Part shown: positions 36,001-48,000 of the stretch, one piece after another | Layout: the number at the start of each line of letters is the position of its first letter | Position numbering within the stretch: position 1 is the stretch's first letter | Assembly (NCBI GenBank): GCA_963924565.1 | Contig: OZ004610.1 | Span: forward strand, 31,496,001 to 31,560,000 | Reading direction: 5' to 3' | Length of the DNA: 64,000 nucleotides | Origin: Ascidiella aspersa | Taxonomy: Eukaryota | The notes under the pieces: model-generated | The model's database searches: none | What the model saw: only the letters and a program-made list of their open reading frames with translations | What the model was told of the DNA's origin: nothing | Position numbers and translations under genes: made by a program

Positions 36001-39000
36001 GCCGTGTAATATTTCAACTTAAGATCCTATCCTGAATCCACCACTGTTTTTGTAGGCCTACTGGTTTTACGTAGTGGGCCTTCAATAGCTCTGAAAGGAG
36101 TACTTTGGGCAGCGACAAAAAAAGTTTGCCGACCACTGCTGTAGGCTAAAGACGTCAGTGACGATAGCATTTCACGCCACAAAGATCTTTGGCGGAAACA
36201 CGATGGCATTCCACGTGGAATGCTTGCAAAAAATCACGCCAGTGTCGACACTTGGCATACAGTATCGCGGGCCTAATGAATTTCAGTTGAAAAAATGTTG
36301 GCGTGAATATTTGGCGGCCACATCTATGGAATGCAGTTAGCGGTGGAAAGGGTCTGAAATGCATTTGGAAGGACTGTCTGAGTATTGGAATGGATGTAAC
36401 AGTTTAGCAGAACATTTACACGTTTTTTCCCGAATAACGTAATAGTATCAATCTTTCATTTGGATATTTATTGGTTCCAACTAATTGCTTCTAATTTAGT
36501 ATTTTCGTGTTTGTGTACATGTTTTTTTATTTGGAAACTTGTGGTAAATAACTTGATAATGAATTGCAAAGCCAAAAAGGTCGAGTAGGTCGACATCATC
36601 CATTGTCAAGCTACATTACAGATCCGTGCATAGTGTACCTAAGGTTGGTAAACAAATTTATTAGGCTAATCTAAAATAATTATCGTCGTAGGATATTTGC
36701 CTATACATAAAGCGACGTGCAGTAGCGCATAGAATGATTTTAAGATTTTTGTTTGATCTCGCATTTGAATAAAATCGGCAAACTTTTAATTAGGAAGGTG
36801 ACGCGAAGAACAAAAGATCCACAGATTAGTCGGTATAATGATACTTATAGCAAGATGGTTTTGTTATTGTTATGGTACAATTTGCTCGCATGACAAAAAA
36901 GCACCTTTCTATCGTTTATTTTGCAAAACTGACATTTTAGAGTTAGACAGTGCCACGATACGTTTTGGGACGAAAATACAGTGTCACCTTGTTACCCCCT
37001 CTCGAACCTTCTCCAACAACCTTGTGTGCGATTAAATTATATATACGTTGAAAAAATGCGTCTATTTTATTTCAGTTAGCAAAACGTTTGCCTTATAAAT
37101 AAACTTGACTCAATATTAAATAGGCGCATATAAAAGAAAAGAACAGTATTATTTCCACGCCTGAATCCCAGCACCGAAATTACGTTAAATGTTTTTTTTT
37201 CGTACTAAGCGCTATTACACTGTGATTATTTTGGTTTACAGGTTGGATAGCTGTTACTGACGATGCAATGTTATTGTAAAAATGCATTAACGAGATAATT
37301 TGACAGAAATGCATTTATATAGAGTTTTAGTCCACACAGCCTGTGGACACATAGAAAATGTGAAAATTTTATATAACGTACCTTAATGCTGAAAACTTTG
37401 GCATGCCATAATGTAAAACTCCATAAAATCGTGGAATATTCGAAATTATGCCTTTCCGTAGCCAGTTAAAGTTGACCAAAATAAGATTTGGGCGGCAGTG
37501 TAGCTGCTTGAAGAATTTGGTCAATAGCATAGCCGGTTGTAACGACATGACGTCTGCCTATCTGTATTATCCTAACTGTCTTCTGGGCGCGCTTTGTCAT
37601 TTGTCCAGAGTTTCCTGTTTTGTGTTTAATCGCGCTGTTACGAAATACTAGTCACCGCCATCTGGTATAAGTATTAGGCGCTTACAATTGCATCATAAAA
37701 TCAGCAGCAACATACTATTCACACTGTGGATTCGTACAATTCCTCCCATTTGGGGTGGATTACCATAGGGTGTAACCGGCGTTATCCGCCTTGAAGGTTA
37801 GAACGTTACCTTTGTGTGGTTTACGGAAAATAGAACCCAGGGGCATAAAAATTGATCCACTAGCAAAGGTAGATATTTCCACCTTTTAAGTTAGCAGTGC
37901 ACGGTGGATTCGTACAATTCTTACCCTTTTGGGGTTGATTATAATAGGGTGTAAACAGTATTATCCACCCTGAAGGTTAGAACGTTACCTTTGGGTGGTT
38001 TACGGAAAATAGAACTCAGGGGCATACAAATTTATCCACTCGTGAGGGGAGATATTTCCACCTTTTCAGTTTACAGTTCAAGTGCGTGGAGTTTGGTCGC
38101 GCACGTTTTCTAAGTTGAAATTAATTATTAAACTTATCATATGTAAATCTGTAGGCCTAAGTACAAATTTACCGTTTGTTCATTAGCAGTAAATATTTCT
38201 TTTATTGTGGTTCTAACCAACAGCACTCACAACAGCGAAATTAATAGCGAAAAGTCGTTATCGATATAGTGGCGGGCTAATAAAAAAAATAATTTTAATC
38301 TATTACTTTTTTGATTTTGATTCTATGACCGGTCAATAAAAATAATGACGCAGGTCAATAAAAAGAGTTCCCTGTATAATTTGACCAGCGGGCCTGTAGT
38401 TGGCCACGCTGATTTGGATCATCGATCGACCAATCGCTCTCCCTGCACTTCAGAATGTTACGAATAGCCAAGAGGAACAAATATTTGTATGGTTTGAATA
38501 CCAGTCCCGTAGTGTAGCGGTTATCACGTCTGCTTTACACGCAGAAGGTCATGGGTTCGAGCCCCATCGGGACTACGCTTCTATCGATTTATTAGCAATG
38601 TCTTTACAGTAATACTGGATGGCTGCTATAGTGTTTAATAAATTTATTATCCATGGTTCATAACATTTGTCACCTTTGTAACGCACATAACTAAATACCA
38701 AAAAAATAGAACTAAATAACAGCACAAAACTAAATAACCAAAACATAGTTTTTATTTACCAACCTTCCGTATTTTGACACACATCGCTACAGTTTCCGTT
38801 GTTGTGCTCACACTCATTGATGTCTGAATCGCAGTCTTGACCGGTATAACCAGGATCGCAGTTACATGAGTACCTGTAAAAATAAACATAAGCTTAAGCC
38901 CAGCCTGACTGCATTCCATAATAATTTGTGCCCGCCACAGATTGGTGCCAAACTTTTTTTTCGTTTGAAATCCTACGCCAAAAATCTCCGACGGGAAGGC

Positions 39001-42000
39001 ACTGGAATGCAATCGGGCAGCCGAGTGGTTCACAACCTTTCATGGGTGGTGACCCTCTTCTTTGGATTATTTTAAGACGTGTTGCCCAGTGCCCACCCCC
39101 TTAACCTTTTGGAAAAATACGTCACGGAACGTGACAAGGCAGGTCTCTGACGTCATAATGAAATCCTAAAATTCTAGTTGAACAGGCTAAAAAGTAAAAT
39201 ATTGGATGGTTGTGTTCTCCCGCATTATAACGAAGAATACATATTTTAGCATATATTTAAGCCTCTTACATATATTTGTTCAAAAAAAAAACAATTGCAT
39301 AAAAATGAAGAATCAAATTTGATACTTTGTACCAAGTTAACTGTCTCTGATCGACACAGGTTCATTAAAATGTCAAACAAGCCAGCGACATATTTGTGTC
39401 ATACCACGCGTATTTCGAGAAAAACAGACTCAGGCCGATTTGACATACGCGCAAACTGCAACGTCGCGCTTACTATAAATAGACTTTACGCAGTTAAGAA
39501 CAGCAGAGCAAAGCTAGAAATTCATGTCAGACACTATTAATGTTTCATTCGAATTAAGGTATACCGACCATGCCTTTGCTGGCAAAATATATATATATAT
39601 ATCATTAAGATCTTTTCATAGTGTATTACCTTGCTAGCTTTGCTAGAGTATGCTTCTGTTACTATTTAGGAATTAAGGTCGACATTTATCTTGCATGGGT
39701 CAAGATGAGTTCGAATATCACCTATTCAGTGCTACGCAGTTAATACATACGTTTCGTCCACGGCCTGGCATTGGCCGTTGACGCAGGGGTTACTGGAACA
39801 GACGTCCCCGTGAACATCGCACATGTCGCCACTGTAGCCGTAATAACACGAGCAGGAAAATTGGTTGATTCCGTCCAAGCACCTCCCGTTCTGACAGGGA
39901 TTGCTGCGGCATTCGTTGATGTCTAGTATTTGGATTATGTAATGGTGGTTAGAGCAACGCGGTAGGATCCGTTCAAGTTAGACGGCAGTGTGGTAATGAC
40001 TTTCTACATAAAACAATCGGCTTGCTATATGTTGCGTTTTTGGTATTTTTTAGCTCAGTTGTTGCTCATAATTGAGTTAATTTACAAATTTTAGCATTTT
40101 AACGCTTAATTTTTATAACTTGAGGTTGCCTTGTGATTTGTTGACAAAGACTTGGACTTAAATTATTTTGCAAAGACTTGACTTGGACTGTAAGTCCTTT
40201 CTAAATAACTTGTTTACAACACTGTTACACTGTAACAGACTGCTGCACAAATCATCATAACACTTCTAAGGATAACAAACTTTAATCAAGCGATAAACTT
40301 TTAGATAAGTAGTTTGTTCACACGTGCCGCTATATTTGGGCATTATGTTATTTTTGCCGCTATATTTTGGGCATTATGTCATTTTTGCTGCTATATTTGG
40401 GTATGCTATAAATATGTTTTTGAGCTTCTTTTTGTTCAGACAAAAAGAAGCTTTGATAACTTGGAAACTGTGATTTTCATTTTATGCATGCTAGTCCTGC
40501 ACATTTTATCCCGTTTTGTACGAAACAAGGCCAACTATAAGAGAGAAAATGCAATTTTAACGAGAGGTAACATCGCTACGCTAACGGTAAAAACATTTAA
40601 AGCTAAGCCGCAGTTTTATTTTAAACAAGCAAACATAAGAAAACAACGAAAAAATCTTAGAAATTTCACTTACTAAAGCACTTGGTCCCGATGATTTCAA
40701 ACCCGGCATCGCACTCGCACCTGAACGAGCCATCAGTGTTGACACAAGAACTCGAACACGGTTTATCCGTACATTCGTCAATATCCTCGCAACTGTTCAG
40801 CTCCTATAAGTATAAAACGGGGAATTGAAGAAAGAGTGAAACAAAATAGCAAATGAATGAGTTAAACATCACTGAATGTGATTCTGACTAATCATCCTTG
40901 AATGTCGTAATGAGAATAGCAAAGCCCATACCAGTAGGTATTATTTTAAACGCTTCGAAGAACTCCTTGTTCATTTTCAACGTAGTCCATAAGGCTTTGA
41001 TATTCTTATTACGTCTTACTACAACCTTTAAGGATTATGCTCCAAAGTTTATTGTCGTCACTGAATGTGTTTCTGACCAACCAGGGTTGACAGTTTACGA
41101 TATTGAACAGCGATTTATCCGTAACTTATAATGTGTAGGATTAGCTGATACTAAAATTGAAAAATGTTTCATTCGAAACGTTTGGGCAATGTTTCAAGGC
41201 CGATTTATCAACAATGCTTAAGTTTTTTACGTTAAATGCAACATTATACAGTTATCAGCTAATGAAAACAGTTGAAGTGATAATGAAAATAGTTATACAT
41301 TTTTTTGGCTGCAGGTTTTTCTATGACTTAATCGATTAAAGCTTTTTATATAAAGGTCTGGATAACTGCAAAACCCTGACCATCGCGGGCCGGGTGTAAA
41401 ATTTTTGGTCAAACTTTATCAACTTGAATATTGTCAAAACGAAGACAATTGCTACAAAAACTGTTATAAGCCTTAACAAATTGTTGTTCAGTTTTATAAA
41501 AAAATAATACGGAATTGCATCCGCCAACATTTTAACAGTACATTATCGTTTAAAAAGAGTACTTTATCTTTTATCTTAAATGAAGTAAATACACTGTTCG
41601 CTTCTACCTCGTCGCGAACGTATCCCTTGTTACATGAGCACTTGTAGCTTCCAGGTGAGTTAAAGCACTTTTGGTCGCAAGGAGGGTCGCTCAAAAAGCA
41701 CTCGTTCACATCTGCGGGTAGCCAAAGGCAACATTTATACAGATATACGTTTACTGAGAAGTTGCCAGAAACTGAAGTTTTTCTGTCTGCAGCACACGCA
41801 CGGTATCAACAAACACAACACCCTTCCGATTTCGTTCCTGTCAAACAACGACAACAAAATAGCAAAAAAACGATACACAAAACAAAATATGTTCTTACAC
41901 ACTAGCACGTTTTAAACAAAAACAGGTAGTGTTTCTTACATGAACTTCACTTACTCTTTGCAGTGTTGCAATGACTTGACTTAAGTGCACTTAAGTAACT

Positions 42001-45000
42001 GGACTTAAGTCTCTTGACCAGAATGACTTGACTCGATTCAAGTTTTTTGGCAAATTACTGGACTTGGACTCAAGTCATTGTTTCAAATATTTGTTATTAG
42101 AATTAAGATATAAAATTTTGCACATAAAACAATTAGGCTGCTGTATATTAGTATTTTTTTTTTAGTTGAGCTAAGGGTTTATATTTGGAAGAGTCACCAA
42201 TTTTAATAGTTTTGCGCTTTTTTATGTCAATGACTTAACTTGTGTTGACTTGCTCTAATAATGACTTGACTCGGACTCGACTTGCTGTTTTTGGAAAATA
42301 CTTGACGTGGACTCAAGTTATTTTAGAAATGACTTGTTTACAATCCTCTTGACACCGTAACGTAGCTGCCCTTATCCGATTGGAAGATTGGTTTTATAGG
42401 TGATGCTTTAACTTTATTAGCATAAATTGTTGCCGAACCTCTGCAAGTCTTTTTATCGTAGTTAATCAGAAATCCTTCTGGACAACTGCATTTGTAGCTT
42501 CCTGGGGAATTTATGCAATCGTACTGACACCCATGGTAACCAGTGCATTCGTCAATATCCTGAAAGAATGATATAAAGTTAATACCAAAAAATCATACCA
42601 CATGGCACCCATGAAATAAACCTTATACTTTGGTTTGAAATATAAATTATTAAAAGTATATTTCCAGGTTGATAGGCATTCAATGACAACGAGTCCACAT
42701 GGAAAGTGTGTTTATTACTTAATGCTAAAATACTTTATTTACGCAGCTTATATAGGTAGGAAGTATGAACGTCGATTTTGGGCCAGCAGAAACTTGGGGT
42801 GCTCAGACCCCCTAAATAATGATATTTCTTAAAAAGTGAATAGTATCCGGTTCAAAACCCACTATATCAAGTTTAATAAAAGCGTAGACTTACGTTGATT
42901 GGGGCATTAATCATGTTAATTGTTTATCAGTATAAAGCGAAGTCTGAATAAAAACATTTTCATTAATAACCCAGGCAAGAAAGTCGGCGTCTAGTAATCG
43001 AATTTTAATAAACCATTGCAACGTGTATGTTATACGAAATATTGTCAACTAAAAGATATCGCATAACTAAAAAAAGTAAAAAAATGTAAAACATTCACTA
43101 ACAAGAAAAATAGTTTCGATACCATATTCTTGAGATAATTGCAATATCATATTGTTAAGAACATTACGATATATTATCATTTTTTAATATACAATCAATT
43201 CTGTCAAACTTACAATCAAAGAGCACATAAAAATACACCAAACTCACATCGCATGTTCTCCCATTGTCGCGCGATTCGTAGCCTTTGTGGCAGTAGCAGG
43301 CGAACGATCCTTCGTTGTTGAGACACTTAGCATCACATCCTCCGTTGTTAGTCTTGCACTCGTTGATGTCGACACAGTATCGCCTGGAAAAAATTACCCG
43401 ACAATATGTTAATATTTCCTATTTAATAACGCTTAGTTTAGACAATTTTCTTAACTCCAAAAATAATGTTTTGTGTTATTACCAAAATTTTTCCAAAAGA
43501 AAATGCATACAAGTGTAATTATTTTTCTTTTTTGCAACTATCGTTAACAAGTATTATTTGCGAAAACCTAAAATGATGCTTAACTGAGTATGAACATACA
43601 TTAAGTGCCAGATGGGCAAAAGCCAGAAAAGTACTTTATCGACAGATATTAAAAAAGGCTGTTAGTCTTGCACTTGTTGATATCGACGCAGTGTCGCCTG
43701 AAAAAAATCACCCGACAATACCATTTTGTAAAAAAAAATGTCGACAGATATCAAAAAAGGGCTAAATAACTACCCTACAGATTTTTTTTTCTAATTTTAA
43801 ATATGACTTTTTTAATGAAACTTGTTAAAAACTCATTATTTTGTGGCGAAAAAATATATTTCTCTTTAAATGACTAGAACTTATTAATAACTGACTTTTA
43901 CTAAGACAGGAAATTCTAAATAATATTGGCTCCATTTGAAGTGATTGTCATTATTTACGTGTCAGGGCGTGAAAATATCTTTATGTTTTACAAAATTAAT
44001 TTTTTTATAAACTCAACTCTAGATCACAACTTTTAGCAAGACATTCGTGGAAGTTCTATTGCAGTGGTTCCCAAACTTTTTTACCTTGCGGCACACTTTA
44101 AACAGAACAACAATAGAGTAATTTTACAATCGCACTTGACACACGACAATATATATGTAAATATATCAATGTTAATAATTTGTAATGAATAGGGCGTATT
44201 TAAGTCTAAAATGCTTGCGTGTATGAATCTTGGTAATAAAAATAACTTATTTTCCAAATTTACAAAAAGTTCGCAGCTTACTTAACAATCTTTCGAGGCA
44301 CACAGTTGGGGATCACTGCTCAATAGTTTCGAAACGAGAGCGGCCCCTTTTCCCCACACTCACTTAAACGCGTCGTCGACCTCATATCCCGCCTTACAGG
44401 TACACTTGAAGCTTCCGGGCGAATTGATACATTGGTAATCGCAGCCGTGAGCGCCATGGCATTCGTCAATATCTCGGCAGGCGTTCAGGTTCGGTATGTC
44501 GACCAAGTAACCATCCTGGCAGAAGCACCGGAAACTTCCGAATGTGTTGGTGCAGTTGTGCTCGCAAGGTGGCGACAGAGCGCACTCGTCGATGTCTGCG
44601 CGAAAATATTTGGCGAGATTTTTAAAGTCGTGTTAAATATTAAAACAAATTCTGTTGTGTACACTATGCACGGATCTGTAATGTAGCTTGATAATAAATG
44701 GCAAAGCCAAAAAGGTCGAGTAGATCGACAGCACCTTGATTAAGACGTTTCGATACGAGCTTGTATTATCTTTAGTTAATGTGACTGAGAAGCATTTCAA
44801 GCATCACTTATAAGAGATGGGACGAAATTGTTAATAGTCTGAGTTTCGAAAGTTGGGCCATTATTTAGCACCTTCGGGTGTTGGACAGGTACAGTGTTGA
44901 TAAGGCCTTTTGTACTTTATAAAATCGAGATTTGGGGGGACAACATAAGCGTGTGGCTGCAAATAACAGCCGCGATATTTCAATCGGACTCAAAGATTTG

Positions 45001-48000
45001 CACATATTAATTAAAAGATACGTTAAAGTTCAAATAAGGATTTAAGCAAGTCAATTTATAGTGACATCACTGAAATATAATTCAATAGGGTGTATCTTTA
45101 TAGAATCCAAAACCATCGGCAGCAGGTTTTAGCCAGTCGATCACTGCTCCGCTGACGCGTATATTAACAAGTAAAACTCATAGTTAAAAACATGAGTAAA
45201 AACAGGATCAGATGTTTTGTTTAAAAGGAAAATATATTTCGCCAAGTGGCATCATCAGTTCCTTATTCAAATAGAATCTAATCTATTAATGTTGGATTTA
45301 TTCGACATTTTGTTTCTTTCGCGGCGCACTTAGCAGCCTTTCATGGCGCACCGGTTGAGAAACGCTGCGTTAAGGTAAAAGCCAACGAAGAACCACATTT
45401 AAAAGCGTATAACTACCAGGGCTTGCGTAGTTCCGTAGTGTAGTGGTTATCACGTCTGCTTTACACGCAGAAGGTCATGGGTTCGAACCCCATCGGAACT
45501 ATGTTTTTAGTTTATTAGTCAAACCTTCTATTTTCAGTCGGCCACGAATATTATTTGATTCCCCATTCAACTCAACTCAACTTTGTTTCAAGTAAAACAC
45601 TTACCAATGTCGCAATCGGGACCTGTCAGTCCTTTGTCGCAAATGCACGAAAATACCCCTTCGTCAGTTTCACTAGCGGCACATCTGCCGTTTTCGTTGC
45701 AACCCTTTGATCGGCAATCGTCCACGGCTACAAAAATCAGTAACTTGTCAAACCGTCTATTAGAGCATAAAGGCTGGTGGTTATAATTAGACGTAGAATG
45801 AATATCAACGCCTATAAAGAAGTATAGGCGTAGCATTTGTTGAAAAAAATAAAAACAGCATTTGAAACGTTCACCAAATACTACCTATACTTATATATGT
45901 GCTTTGATATTCATTCTCAAGTGATTGTTAGTAAAACAGATGTTGTGCACAAATTTTGCTTAAATATTTGATAATTTGTTGCTTTCGTTTACTACCTCTA
46001 TTTTTATTTAGTAGATTCGCTTGCTTCTGTCGTTTCAATTAAAACAGTGTTTCTCCATTTTATGTGGGGCGACCAAAAAACCAAAAGGTGTGCAACAATA
46101 AAGCTTTGGCGAATCAATTTTCTTCACTGAACGTTTTGTAAGCAAAACAAACACGAGAAAGCAGCATTAATAAGGGCAAGCTTAATCAATATGAGCCATG
46201 TCTAAGTAGTGCTTCTGAAATCTTTTCAAGTTTTAGTGAAATTTGTCTCAGAACCAATCTCAATAAGTATAACCATATAAATCTTCACAGCAGAATAATC
46301 TAGCAAAGCTAACAATTCAAGTCAGACACAATTAAAAGATTTTAAAAGATATATATATATATAATACATTTGGCAAGCAAAGACTTAATTTTTCTAGCTT
46401 TGCTTGAGTATCCTGCTGTTACTGATGAGATGAGGAATCAAGGTCGCCATTTATCTTGCAAGGATCAGGGTAATTTCTATTATCACATATTTAGTGCAAC
46501 ATACAAAACTACTACAGCCGCCGAACAATAAGCATATCGCATGCTGAAACGCTCCCTTACCTTGTTCGCACAGCGCGCCGAAGTAAATCTCGTCGCAAAC
46601 GCACAGGAAGCGGTTCACCATATTGAGGCATGTACCACCGTTTTGACAGGGTGAGCTCGCACATTCGTCTATATCTGTATGGGAAGTTGAAACGTAGGTT
46701 TACGAAACACTTTATACTAGATAGTAGAAGTGTTTCAAGTGTTTTTCCATAAGTACACAAAAAGTTTTTTTCATTAGATCAATTCTAAGTCATGAATAAA
46801 TTCTACTGCGTTCTAAAGCAAAGCAAGCACTTCTGTTGTGACGAATCTACAACAGTAGTATCGCCACAAAAATGGCCTTTCTGGCCTTTTGTGCTTTGAG
46901 AGTCTTCTTTTTGATAAACACAAATAAAAACGCATTATTGGCATACCATTGGAAACGAAAATTTTTTTTTTTAAGAACGCAATTTAATTGTAAGGTACAC
47001 CAACATTTTAGCCGTTTAGAATGAAATCTACACATATACATTAATGACGCGCTTTGGCATAAATAATTCATTTGTTTTTTGTATTACTTTGTTTCCTGTA
47101 ATTTCTGTTTACCTATTTGACAAAGTGATCCTTTGAACCCCGGCTTGCATTCGCACTGGAAAGAGCTTTGCACGCTTATGCATTGACTGGTACCTTCAGC
47201 ATTGCAGGGCTCCTGCAAGCACCGATCCATGGCTGTAAAAAAATGAAAAACACGTTCCGTATAATTTAGGCATATATTCGTTAACGCTTGAAAAAAATTT
47301 CAGACGACGTTGTAAGAATATCAAAGCCCCTACAGAAGTAGATATCACTGTAAACGCTTCATCAGATGTTAAAAATGAATATAGAGTTATTTAAAACGTT
47401 TAAAATGGGCGGTGATAACCATTATGCTCCAAAACTTTCAGACGAGAAACGCACTAAGTCAATAAATCCACCGAAACTTTATCGCGATTAAAATAAATTT
47501 GCAATTCCATTCGGTTGTGCATAATGGTTAAAGGTTGCAGTAAGACGTAGTAAGAATATCAAAGCCCATACAAAAGTAGGTACCATTTTGAAAGTTTCCT
47601 CAGATGCTGAAAATGAATAGAATTATTCAAAACGTTCACAAAATGCCACCTACTTCTGTATGGGCTTTGATATTCTTACTATCTTTTATTACAACCATTA
47701 GGCTCCAAAACTTTCAGACGACAAAAAGCACATTGTCACTATCTCCACCGAAACTTTATCAGGATTAAAATAAATTTGCAATTCCATTAGGCCCGTGGCG
47801 CATGCTTCGCGCTATCGATTCTTGATTCGTTACAAAGGAAAGATTTGGCGATGATACGATTATTATCACGCTTTTTACCCGTCTGGCATATGTCTCCAGT
47901 GAAACCGGGATTGCACACGCAACGGTAGGCATCGTTGTTATTTTCACATCGACTTGTCCCGATGGCATCGCACGGATTTGAGGCGCAGCGGTCGATTCCT

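Noticed and set aside
37250-37295. CTGACGA-T-GCAAT...ATTGT-AAAAA-TGCAT, hammerhead-like
   Set aside because: The GAAA box is absent and the spacing is off; at most a dead relic, with no second copy to support it.
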